DNA from: an uncultured virus (IMG/VR IMGVR_UViG_3300027976_000010)
Lineage: Duplodnaviria > Heunggongvirae > Uroviricota > Caudoviricetes
Length of the DNA: 56,778 bases
Strand: one strand, 5' to 3'
IMG/VR virus record: IMGVR_UViG_3300027976_000010
In this document: positions 27,738 to 36,395 of the stretch, one piece after another
Layout of the letters: each line of letters begins with the position of its first letter
Numbering within the stretch: the first letter of the stretch is position 1
Translations under genes and position numbers: made by a program
Notes under the pieces: generated by a model
Seen by the model: only the letters and a program-made list of their open reading frames with translations
The model's database searches: none
What the model was told of the DNA's origin: nothing

Positions 27738-29957
27738 CTATCCAATGTCAAATCGCAAGCGGCATCTGCAATTAATTGTTAAATGTGGCGGTGCAAATGG
27801 ATCGCCCGGGAATCTGATTAGATCATCACCGACCCTAAATGGCTCAAGCATCCCAACCGATTTGCCACTGAGCGCTACGTGTTCTGGTCGCACCAATGGG
27901 TCTCTCTCCGAAATCCAAGTTTTATTTATTGCGCCGATGGACCTGCCAGTGTAATAGGTGCCAGCGTTAAATGCCGTTTGGGACTCATGTTCAGCTATTG
28001 TGCGACGGCGTTTTGTCAGCAGGTTTACAAAAATCGCCGCCACTGCGGCCTGCAGCATCCCCGCTCTGTCCTCGTCGTCGTCCAGCGATGTTGCGATAAG
28101 AACGGCTGCGGCTATTTCGGCCGCTGTTGTTGAGTTAACTTTTTCAAACCGCTCCATTTGGGAGTCAAGATGTTCCTTGGCGTCTTGCTCATCTATTTCG
28201 CCTTGCATGTTTGCCTCTTGGGAAACGATTACGGCCGCATCATTCATTATTCCCGAAAGAATCGGACGCATATCTTGATTCATTTGTTTATTCCAGACTG
28301 CAATATCAAAAATAGCCTCTGGATCTAAGGATTTTGCCTCAAGTCCCTTTTTGGATTTATTACCCGACGCTTTCTCTAGAATCACACGTTGCTGTCTTTC
28401 AAAATATCTTTCTAAGCTGCTGTCCAGAATTTCCGTCCATCGGTCGGATGACTCTTCCGCTTTTGTTGCCCACTCATCCATGGGCGTGTCTTTTGTTGTA
28501 ATGTCATCGTCTGATTTTCCCGATATTCCGCCCATTGACGCTGCCTGTTGGGCGGCGATGGCTTCGGCATTTAGTGTTGCCGTCATTCCCTCCGCCGGTT
28601 GTGGTACGACTTCCGGTCCGAATCCCGTTGCGGGCGGCAACATTGGTGGAACCCCGGGAGCTTGTGGCGCGCCCGGCGCACCCTGGAGGGGCGCGTCCAC
28701 CTGTTGCTGAACGGTCGGATCAAACTTTTTATTGGTATAGCCAATCGGCGTTAGGTTGGGATTCGCCAGCATCGCATCCATTAATTCTGAATCAATATTC
28801 TTCCTGCCGGCTCCCTCCCTGTATTCGTTGCCACTGATTAGCCCCTGTTGGAATTCGTTAAGCAGATATCTGTCTCGTTCTTGTTTGTAAAGAACAAGCA
28901 CCGGCACGTCGGTCACGTCAAAATCGACATAGTACTTTGGGTGTAGTTCGTCCAGGCCACGCGCAAGCAACTCTAGGTGTGGGAGCATTGTTTCATTCCA
29001 GAAAACCTTGTGCTCTTCTGCGGCGTTTGAGAATGTTCGCCCAGCGGCGTTTCCGATTACCGATTCAGGGACCCCGAATGCCGCCAGAATCTCCTCTTTT
29101 TGCAACTGGCGCATTTGTACATAGTTAGCATCGCGCGGGCTCTGTCCGGTATCGACAAAATCCACCCCTTCATCCGACGAGACGACCGTAACCGCCCCGG
29201 CTCTATTTATATTGCCCCTAAACCGGTTTCTTAGCTCATCTTTGTCGTCGTCATCAATTTCTCCACGCACGACCAAGAGGCCACCAGGTCGACCATCATT
29301 CAACAAAAAGTTCCTATTGTAGATTTTTGCTAAATTCTCTATTTCAATAGCTATTCCCGCGGCCTCCATTGGAGTTAACGATAGATAGGGATCGAGCGGG
29401 TGCGGCTTTCTTATCCAAACGACATCGTCTGGATTAAGGATTATCTTTGTGCCGTTACGCATGTCAACCTCAAAGCCGGAAACAAATGTTCTCGGATCGG
29501 GGATGGGCGCAGTATGTTGCGGTGGCAGTAATTGTAAGGCGATTAGTTCGCCATTACGACCGCGGACCTTTTCAATAAAAGCCCCACGAGAAGACATAAG
29601 CAATTGTGACGATAGACGATATCTAAAAACAAAGGAATTTTCCCCTACGTTCGCTTTTGTATTTAACAGACTTAAGATTGATTCGTCCTTATCGCGCAGA
29701 ATGCGCCCCTGAGGGCTATTGTCCGCTCTTAATATCGCCGGCAAGCGAGATTGATTTCCCGCAATTGCGTCTATGCATCTACTTACCCAGGTGACTTTCT
29801 GGAACCCCTCTTTATAGGCTCTTTCAATATCCCAAGAGTCGCGGTACGGCCTACCCACATTGGCTGGGTTATATGAAACCGGTGCGCCCAGCCCGACATG
29901 GGCATTTTTGGATTGCGATGAACGCAAACCCTTGTTCTGTGATGAATTCCACGCCAT
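27738..29957 (-). CDS. Phage portal protein (HK97-like) with a C-terminal MuF (head morphogenesis) domain
   Basis: Portal motifs: VSRCIDAIA, GAFIEKVR...LQLLPP, PLDPYLSLTPMEAA, FLLNDGRPGGLL, EILAAFGVP. The C-terminus KTWISERDPLVRPEH...FPGDP...INCRC is the MuF signature. Confidence 0.93.
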   Translation of the reverse strand: MAWNSSQNKGLRSSQSKNAHVGLGAPVSYNPANVGRPYRDSWDIERAYKEGFQKVTWVSRCIDAIAGNQSRLPAILRADNSPQGRILRDKDESILSLLNTKANVGENSFVFRYRLSSQLLMSSRGAFIEKVRGRNGELIALQLLPPQHTAPIPDPRTFVSGFEVDMRNGTKIILNPDDVVWIRKPHPLDPYLSLTPMEAAGIAIEIENLAKIYNRNFLLNDGRPGGLLVVRGEIDDDDKDELRNRFRGNINRAGAVTVVSSDEGVDFVDTGQSPRDANYVQMRQLQKEEILAAFGVPESVIGNAAGRTFSNAAEEHKVFWNETMLPHLELLARGLDELHPKYYVDFDVTDVPVLVLYKQERDRYLLNEFQQGLISGNEYREGAGRKNIDSELMDAMLANPNLTPIGYTNKKFDPTVQQQVDAPLQGAPGAPQAPGVPPMLPPATGFGPEVVPQPAEGMTATLNAEAIAAQQAASMGGISGKSDDDITTKDTPMDEWATKAEESSDRWTEILDSSLERYFERQQRVILEKASGNKSKKGLEAKSLDPEAIFDIAVWNKQMNQDMRPILSGIMNDAAVIVSQEANMQGEIDEQDAKEHLDSQMERFEKVNSTTAAEIAAAVLIATSLDDDEDRAGMLQAAVAAIFVNLLTKRRRTIAEHESQTAFNAGTYYTGRSIGAINKTWISERDPLVRPEHVALSGKSVGMLEPFRVGDDLIRFPGDPFAPPHLTINCRCRLRFDIG

Positions 29958-29966
29958 TGTTTACGC

Positions 29967-30155
29967 CTACTCCATCCCAAGCAAAAAGCCGACTACGCCA
30001 CAAGCAACACCAAGGGAGATAAATCCTGCGGGGACGTTAATTAAAAATGCACCTATACCACCTAACAGTATAAAGCAAAATATCAGAATATTGGCAACCA
30101 TTGCACGATTCAGTATCTTTGCCTGTGCTGTTCTAACCCAATTGGGGATATTCAT
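29967..30155 (-). CDS. Small membrane protein preceding the portal
   Basis: 62 aa with two hydrophobic segments; this position is common upstream of HK97-type portals. Confidence 0.75.
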   Translation of the reverse strand: MNIPNWVRTAQAKILNRAMVANILIFCFILLGGIGAFLINVPAGFISLGVACGVVGFLLGME

Positions 30156-30227
30156 TATCCTCTTTCACTTCCGCGACCTTTTGGCACGGTAGTCTAAATC
30201 TATCACTAAAGATGGACGCGGAGACAA

Positions 30228-32558
30228 ATGACTGATTGGGAGAAAGTTTACGAGTACCTACAGCCGCGCCCGTCGCTGTTTTGCCTAGAGGAACCGTCGC
30301 TCACGCAGAAGGTTTTTCTTCGGACCTATGCGCTTGAAGCCCTATTTGGTGGAGCAGCTGGTGGCGGGAAAAGTTCCGCACTGCTCATGAGTGCTCTACA
30401 GTACGTGGACGTGCCGAATTATTCGGCCATTTTGTTCCGGCGGACATTCTCGGACCTATCTCTCCCCGGCGCACTTATGGACAGATTCAAATTCTGGGTC
30501 GCCGAAAATGACCAAATACACTGGAACAACAATAGCTTTATCGCCACCTTCCCATCGGGGGCGCGAATAACCTTTGGTTACCTTAATAACAAGGACGACT
30601 TTCAGCGGTATAAGGGCCCGTGCATTAAGGGAACAGAGGTTTTAACTACTTCCGGATGGAGGAAAATAGAAGATATTCAGGTTGGCGAATTGGTCGCTTC
30701 AATGAATCCGGAAACACGAGAATGGGATTATCAATCGGTAACCCATACGTGGGTCTATGACCACGACGGACTAATCTATAGTCCGAGAGAGGGCTCGGAT
30801 GTTTCGTTCGCCGTGACCGCAGACCACACATGGTGGGTTTCAACGCAGAGGGTAAAGAAACTTCGCAAATACAGAACGGATGAATTGCCAATAGCGGCAA
30901 GATTCCCACAGGCGGGTCATTTTATTGGCGGTATTGACACGGGGGCATCCGTGTTCCCGAGTTCGGCGCGAGGCAGACAGCATAGTTCTGACATCATTTT
31001 CGGCGCAGAGAATTGGGCAACTTTCCTTGGTTGGCATATTGCGGAGGGGTGTACTAATAAAGGAACCATACAAATTTCGCTCCACGACGGACACAGCAGG
31101 ACATACAAGGATGTCCTGGTGAGTCTGCTTGAACATTCCGGTGCTTATGTCAGGGATAGCCCCAGGAATCTTGTATTCACAAATACAAAACTCGCCGACT
31201 GGCTGGATGAACATACCGGCAAGGGCGCTTATCACAAACGGATTCCCGACGAGGTCTTTACCTGGAAAACAAAATACGCTCGGCTTCTTTTGCAATCCTT
31301 GGTTGAAGGGGACGGAACATGGCGCACCGAAAAAAGTGGTCACTATGTAACTGTTTCGCGCGAGTTGGCCGATGGCGTGATGAGGCTTGCACAGCATTGT
31401 GGCTTTAGGGCCACCCTTAATGAGCGCCAGGACCACACCACTACGCCCGATGGAAAAGAACACGATGTTTTGGCGTTCCATGTGTTTTTACTTGAAACAG
31501 CCGACCAAGATAGAATGATTTCTTTTGGCGATGGACAACCAATAGTTGCCAAGCATTACGTCGGCACCGTTCACTGCTTAACTGTTCCCCCTCATCACAC
31601 CTTTTTAACTAGACACAATGGACGCGTTGTCTGGACTGGAAACTCGGAGTTTCAATTCATTGGGATGGACGAAGTAACGGAAATCCGGGAATCGGATTAC
31701 AGATATCTATTTTCCCGTTTGCGTCGACCGGCTAGCGGCGAACTGTCAAAGGTCCCATTGAGGATGCGCGCTGCATCAAACCCTGCGCCGAATTGGGTCA
31801 GGCAGCGATTTATCGTTGAGGGCGACACTACAAATCGGATATTTGTACCATCGCTTTTGACGGATAACCCCGGCATTGACGTTGAGTCGTATCGCATGGC
31901 CCTAGCGGCCCTAGATCCAATTGAGCGACGCCGCCTAGAAGAGGGCGACTGGTGGGCAACAACATTGGGGACCCTATTTGACCGAGAATCCTTTGTTATT
32001 ATTGACCCCTCAGAGGTCCCAGCTGCTGGGATGGGTGCTAGGGCTTGTAGGTTTTGGGATTTAGCCGCCACCGAACCCCATCCCGGGAACACGGATCCAG
32101 ACTGGACCGTTGGCACGCTCGGCCTATTTGAATCCGGCATTTTTTACATATTGGATATTAAGCGAGTTAGAGTAAAGGGCGAAAAGGTTGAACGTCTGGT
32201 CGCCCAGACGGCCGCCGAAGATGGACCGAGTGTGGCGGTGCGTATGGAGCAGGAGCCCGGATCGTCTGGGAAGGCCCTTATCGACCAATATGCCAGATAT
32301 ATTCTTCCAGGGCATGATTTTTTAGGAATTCGCTCGACTGGGGATAAATTAACCCGAGCCAGGCCATTTGCCGCGGCTGCCGCCAACGGCAATGTGAGGC
32401 TTGTCCGTGGCCCGTGGCTTAGCGATTGGCTTGACGAGGCGTCGTCCTTTCCTGAGGCCTGTAGCCATGATGACCAGGTTGACTCCGCCGTTGGAGCTTT
32501 TACACATTTAGCTGGTTTGGGGTTGCCTTTTAGGCGGCCAACGGTTATCATCATCTGA
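30228..32558 (+). CDS. terL: Terminase large subunit, intein-containing
   Basis: Walker A FGGAAGGGKS. Walker B region YKG|SEFQFIGMDE is restored after intein removal. Coupling motif ASNP; nuclease motifs FWDLAA, EQEPGSSGK, HDDQVDS. Confidence 0.95.
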   Translation: MTDWEKVYEYLQPRPSLFCLEEPSLTQKVFLRTYALEALFGGAAGGGKSSALLMSALQYVDVPNYSAILFRRTFSDLSLPGALMDRFKFWVAENDQIHWNNNSFIATFPSGARITFGYLNNKDDFQRYKGPCIKGTEVLTTSGWRKIEDIQVGELVASMNPETREWDYQSVTHTWVYDHDGLIYSPREGSDVSFAVTADHTWWVSTQRVKKLRKYRTDELPIAARFPQAGHFIGGIDTGASVFPSSARGRQHSSDIIFGAENWATFLGWHIAEGCTNKGTIQISLHDGHSRTYKDVLVSLLEHSGAYVRDSPRNLVFTNTKLADWLDEHTGKGAYHKRIPDEVFTWKTKYARLLLQSLVEGDGTWRTEKSGHYVTVSRELADGVMRLAQHCGFRATLNERQDHTTTPDGKEHDVLAFHVFLLETADQDRMISFGDGQPIVAKHYVGTVHCLTVPPHHTFLTRHNGRVVWTGNSEFQFIGMDEVTEIRESDYRYLFSRLRRPASGELSKVPLRMRAASNPAPNWVRQRFIVEGDTTNRIFVPSLLTDNPGIDVESYRMALAALDPIERRRLEEGDWWATTLGTLFDRESFVIIDPSEVPAAGMGARACRFWDLAATEPHPGNTDPDWTVGTLGLFESGIFYILDIKRVRVKGEKVERLVAQTAAEDGPSVAVRMEQEPGSSGKALIDQYARYILPGHDFLGIRSTGDKLTRARPFAAAAANGNVRLVRGPWLSDWLDEASSFPEACSHDDQVDSAVGAFTHLAGLGLPFRRPTVIII
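30618..31643 (+). mobile_element. Intein (342 aa, class-3 type) with a LAGLIDADG homing endonuclease
   Basis: Block A PCIKGTEVLTTSGW, block B VTADHTWW, LAGLIDADG-like FLGWHIAEG and LLQSLVEGDG, block F VHCLTV, block G VVWTGN followed by Ser+1. Confidence 0.92.
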
Positions 32559-32584
32559 TATAACCACGAAGCCTTAGGGGCGCC

Positions 32585-33103
32585 ATGATTCCAGATGTAA
32601 CTGTTGAGACAATCAGTAGAAAAATTAAATCCGTTGCGGACGACCTGCTGATTCTTTCTAGAATGCTGGCGCAGATGACGGATGATAAGACCGCGACCAT
32701 GGACGATGTTTATCCGATCATCCTTGAGATGAACGACCTAAAGAGCGATATGGCCATAGTTTACGACACTGCCACATTCCTTATTTCCACAAAAATGGGG
32801 ACAATCCCAGAGTACATAACGCCCAACGGAATAAAAATTGAAAAGCGGGCCGGTAGCGACCGAAAAACGTGGGACCACATCGGGATTGCAAAAAATGTAG
32901 CAAGTCGCTTGGGCGACATGGCTATTGACATGCAGACCGGAGAGGTGATAATGTCGCCGCAGGACATGGTTGTAAAGCTTCTAGATTACTGCAATCCATC
33001 GTATTGGCGCGTAAAGGAACTTTCCAAAATCGGAATTAACGCCGATAGATACTGCGAAGTAAGCGAAGCGAAGACAAGCATTATTGTTCGGCGAGTAAAG
33101 TAA
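32585..33103 (+). CDS. Hypothetical phage protein, 172 aa
   Basis: Intact ORF with GGGG upstream; RKTWDH and PSYWRV motifs; function unknown. Confidence 0.8.
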   Translation: MIPDVTVETISRKIKSVADDLLILSRMLAQMTDDKTATMDDVYPIILEMNDLKSDMAIVYDTATFLISTKMGTIPEYITPNGIKIEKRAGSDRKTWDHIGIAKNVASRLGDMAIDMQTGEVIMSPQDMVVKLLDYCNPSYWRVKELSKIGINADRYCEVSEAKTSIIVRRVK

Positions 33104-33153
33104 CTACAGACTGTTTATTAACATATAACACCAACAAGTAAGTAGGAGAGATT

Positions 33154-33825
33154 ATGACATTGACATATTCGCAGTTAACCGAGGTGTTCCCGCCGGAAAT
33201 GGAACGGACCCTAAACAAGGGGGGAACGAATTTTACCTACATCCCCGTAAGCGAAATAATTACCCGTTTGAATAAAGTTCTCGGCGTCGAGCAATGGTCC
33301 TTCACGGTGGAGAGGTGCGAGCGCGATGCGATTGATCCCGATTTCGTGATTGCTCATGTTCGTCTCGTGTGGAACGTCGCCGGGGCCGCGGAGGTAATAC
33401 GCGACGGAATTGGTGGGCAAAAAATTAAGCGCACTAAAGCCGGCATCATTGTCGATTTGGGTGATGAATTCAAGGGCGCAATTTCGGATGCTTTGAAAAA
33501 GGCGGCGCAGACACTTGGCGTTGGTTTATACTTGGCCCGCTCCGATGACGCGATAGAGATCGAGCAAGTGATAGACGATCAATACTCTCGCCCAGAACAA
33601 CCACCCGTCGATCCGGAGCATTTAATTCTGTGGAGCAATTTCACTGGTATGACCCAGAAACTCACGGATGACGGAAAAAAGAAATTGCGTCAGAAATGGG
33701 AAACATTTAGCAATAATGCGCCGGCTCCGTCTGGTCCGTCCGTGGTTACAAGTGCAGAACTCGTGTTTTTGATTGAGGAAGCCGCCATAATATCCCTCGG
33801 GGGAGTTCCGGTAGCCGTTTCATGA
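33154..33825 (+). CDS. Rad52/Rad22-family (Sak-like) single-strand annealing protein
   Basis: FTYIPVSEIITRLNKVLGVEQWSF and FKGAISDALKKAAQTLGVGLYL; AGGAG ribosome-binding site upstream. Confidence 0.9.
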   Translation: MTLTYSQLTEVFPPEMERTLNKGGTNFTYIPVSEIITRLNKVLGVEQWSFTVERCERDAIDPDFVIAHVRLVWNVAGAAEVIRDGIGGQKIKRTKAGIIVDLGDEFKGAISDALKKAAQTLGVGLYLARSDDAIEIEQVIDDQYSRPEQPPVDPEHLILWSNFTGMTQKLTDDGKKKLRQKWETFSNNAPAPSGPSVVTSAELVFLIEEAAIISLGGVPVAVS

Positions 33826-34613
33826 CGGGCGTAGTCGGCGATCTGCCATACGAATTGCCGGAATATTTTTCTCCGTCGTCTCTGTCTACATTTGTGCAAT
33901 GCCCGTTGAAGTATAAGTATTCGCGGGTGAACAAGATGAGTGAGCCACCGACGATGCAGACATTGATGGGCAACTTTGTCCACGATGTGCTTGAGAATTT
34001 TTATTTAACCATCCCGGGTCCAGAGCGTAATCAGGCTTCAGCAAAAGCTGTATCATCTCAGATATGGGCAGAGGGTGGCTGGGCCGAAAGGGTTAGTCCG
34101 TATCTCGGCAAAACAAAGCTAAATGACTTTCTGTGGAATTCGTGGTGGTGTATCGAGAATGTATTTAAGCTTGAATCGCCCGAATCAATAGTGCCAAGTG
34201 GTGTTGAAACAGAACTGAACGGACACATACGCGGAATCCGGATCAAGGGATTTATCGACCGCTGGGGCCCAATTAATGGTCAACTGACTGTATCTGATTA
34301 TAAAACCGGGAAAACCCCAAAGCCTCGTTATTTGGATGATAAGTTTCCTCAGTTGCTTATTTATGCAATCGTTTTGGCAGAAACCGAAGACGTCAAGGTC
34401 GACTTAGTTGAGCTACTGTACCTAAAAGACGCGACTCGTTTTTCTAAAGAGGTAACGCAGACGGATGTAGATTCCGTTTCCACAATGGTCGAGTCGGTGA
34501 GCGAACGCGTACATACCGCGTTTGACACGAATAAGTGGCCGGCTAATCCAACGATACTTTGCAACTGGTGTCACTTTAAGACTACGGTCTGTGAATATTG
34601 GAACAAGCAATAG
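33822..34613 (+). CDS. Cas4/RecB-like PD-(D/E)xK exonuclease with Fe-S-type cysteines
   Basis: SPSSLSTFVQCP, GNFVH, IKGFIDR, DYKTGK, QLLIYA, CNWCHFKTTVC. Confidence 0.9.
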   Translation: MTGVVGDLPYELPEYFSPSSLSTFVQCPLKYKYSRVNKMSEPPTMQTLMGNFVHDVLENFYLTIPGPERNQASAKAVSSQIWAEGGWAERVSPYLGKTKLNDFLWNSWWCIENVFKLESPESIVPSGVETELNGHIRGIRIKGFIDRWGPINGQLTVSDYKTGKTPKPRYLDDKFPQLLIYAIVLAETEDVKVDLVELLYLKDATRFSKEVTQTDVDSVSTMVESVSERVHTAFDTNKWPANPTILCNWCHFKTTVCEYWNKQ

Positions 34614-34638
34614 ATTAAATACCCATGGTGGGGGATAT

Positions 34639-35172
34639 ATGAATACGGTTAAACGCGAAATGTCGGACGATGCGTTTGCATATCTTGTTGCGCAGGATGT
34701 CAAAAACAAAACCAGTGGCGAGCAAAAAGCCCTGCTGCGGTTACATGATAATTGTGACCGGTGGGTATTGTGCCTAAATGAATTGCTGAATAACATCAAT
34801 GACCAAATTGACGACATCCAATCTGACTACGACGCAGACACGGACCTTTATAGTTCAATGAGCGTGGACGGCGTTTTGTTGTTGGCCGAGACGCACATAT
34901 ATTACAAGGCCAAGTTGCGAAAGATTCAAAGTTTTAGGCGTCATATTGATAGAAGTATCACCGAAGCTACAAATCTATTAGAAGTTTATATTCAGACGAA
35001 TGATCAGGCCGACGCTCATGCGTTAACGGAAATTTGTCGTGCGGCCATTATCGAGCATCAAAAATGTCTTGATAAACATGATGTTGAACCGACGCAATGG
35101 GATACCGCCCTGTGGGCGTCGCTGGACGGAGAGTGGTTATTTGATGAGATACTAGATGGGGAGGTCAATTGA
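34639..35172 (+). CDS. Hypothetical helical protein
   Basis: In-frame ATG at 34639 with GGGGGA upstream, inside the 34522..35172 ORF. Confidence 0.75.
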   Translation: MNTVKREMSDDAFAYLVAQDVKNKTSGEQKALLRLHDNCDRWVLCLNELLNNINDQIDDIQSDYDADTDLYSSMSVDGVLLLAETHIYYKAKLRKIQSFRRHIDRSITEATNLLEVYIQTNDQADAHALTEICRAAIIEHQKCLDKHDVEPTQWDTALWASLDGEWLFDEILDGEVN

Positions 35173-35471
35173 AACAGAGATCTGAAAAAACTCAGAAAAA
35201 ATATATAGAGCGCCGGAAATTGGTGGTGGAAATGCTCGCCGCTATCCCATGGTGCCAGGCGTGCCCGATTTTTGCACAGCATGACGAAAAGAAGATGTAC
35301 AGGCGCAATCCGTCTACTGATCTGCACGAGATAAAGCGCCGGTCGCAGGGCGGATCGATTTTGGATAAGGAAAATATAATGTGCGTATGTAGACCGTGTC
35401 ATTCCAGAATTGGGGACCAACCCCAATTAGCTTTTGACTTGGGTCTAGCTAAACACGGCTGGGAAGAATAA
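35169..35471 (+). CDS. Small HNH endonuclease-like protein
   Basis: CQAC...DLHEIKRRSQGGS...ENIMCVCRPCH; TTG start overlapping the upstream stop. Confidence 0.85.
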   Translation: MKQRSEKTQKKYIERRKLVVEMLAAIPWCQACPIFAQHDEKKMYRRNPSTDLHEIKRRSQGGSILDKENIMCVCRPCHSRIGDQPQLAFDLGLAKHGWEE

Positions 35472-35557
35472 TAGGCGCAGATAAACAAGTATACATCTCA
35501 TATTTTTTAAAATGAATAACTTTGTTTATCGGTTCATATTTTTGGGGGTGTAAACTA

Positions 35558-35623
35558 GAGAGCCTTAGGACCGTTATAGGCGCAAAGACCGGGTGGGGGA
35601 GCTCACTCGGTTTTTGCGTCCTA
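35558..35623 (+). ncRNA. Candidate small RNA whose 5' segment is antisense to the 23S rRNA helix-69 region, followed by a long terminator-like hairpin
   Basis: TAAACT (-10-like) at 35551-35556. CCTTAGGACCGTTATAG at 35563-35579 is the reverse complement of conserved 23S CUAUAACGGUCCUAAGG. Then a stem accgggtggg-ggag-ctcactcggt followed by a T-tract. Confidence 0.5.
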
Positions 35624-35674
35624 TTTATTTCGTGAATATTTAGATTATTATTTACGGCATCGTCTATTTTCAAA

Positions 35675-35683
35675 TGCTACGCT
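35675..35683 (+). promoter_or_regulatory. Candidate extended -10 promoter (TGcTACGCT)
   Basis: TG-n-TAnnnT after an AT-rich stretch in the 35472-35846 intergenic region. Confidence 0.35.
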
Positions 35684-35787
35684 TTACCTATCTAGCCAAA
35701 TTGTATCCGAACCGAAACGAGGGGCAGGTGGTCAAAGATCTGGTAGGCAAACTACGGCAAATCGCATAAGTAAATTTATTTACATGC

Positions 35788-35823
35788 AACCCGCCGGGCC
35801 GGCTAGATGTTCGGCGGGTTTTT
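35788..35823 (+). terminator. Rho-independent terminator-like hairpin
   Basis: aacccgccg ... cggcgggtt inverted repeat followed by ttt. Confidence 0.65.
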
Positions 35824-35846
35824 GCCAATGCGGCTAGTATCCCATT

Positions 35847-36395
35847 ATGCGAAATATAAGGTTGCTGGGCCTAGATTTATCATTACGATCCACGGGTCAT
35901 TCGCACGCCGGGGTTACCGGAGTTATAACGCCCAGCACGAATGGCGTTGAGCGCCTAGACGAAGTCTCCGAATCAATTATTAAAATTATTTCCCTAAACG
36001 CTATTGACGTTGCGCTGATTGAGGGCTATTCTTTTGCTTCACGAAGCGGTCAGGCTTTTTCAATTGGTGAGCTCGGCGGCGTTGTGAGATTAAGCCTATT
36101 TAGAGCCGGGATACCATTTGTAGAAATACCGCCAACCTGCCGTGCGAAATTTGCCACAGGACGGGGGAACGCTTCAAAGACCGAAGTGGTTTCATCGGTA
36201 TCGGCGCGAACGGGAATTATTTGGAGTGGCAAAGGTGGAGATGACCGATGCGATGCCTGGATCCTGGAAGAAATGGCACAAACGCACTTAGGTGTAAATA
36301 ATTACAGCTGGCCCAGCATCAACAAAGAGGGACTTAAGGCTGTAGATTGGAAGCAATTAGACGTGGTTTACGAAAGGATACGCAGTGAGGAATAG
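35847..36395 (+). CDS. ruvC: RuvC-like Holliday junction resolvase
   Basis: LLGLDLSLRSTG, ALIEG, ELGGVVRL, ATGRGNASK, DDRCDA. Confidence 0.9.
   Translation: MRNIRLLGLDLSLRSTGHSHAGVTGVITPSTNGVERLDEVSESIIKIISLNAIDVALIEGYSFASRSGQAFSIGELGGVVRLSLFRAGIPFVEIPPTCRAKFATGRGNASKTEVVSSVSARTGIIWSGKGGDDRCDAWILEEMAQTHLGVNNYSWPSINKEGLKAVDWKQLDVVYERIRSEE

Noticed and set aside
833..30192. Many 60-290 aa plus-strand ORFs opposite the giant genes, and minus-strand ORFs opposite the tail genes
   Set aside because: They are antisense shadows of long, motif-bearing ORFs and have no recognisable motifs of their own.
33822..34613. Cas4-like nuclease as evidence of a CRISPR-Cas system
   Set aside because: No repeat-spacer array or other cas genes were seen. 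It is paired with a Rad52-like annealase, the usual phage recombination context.
35563..35579. An rRNA gene or rRNA fragment
   Set aside because: Identity to 23S stops at 17 nt and the flanks are unrelated to rRNA. It is reported as a candidate antisense element instead.
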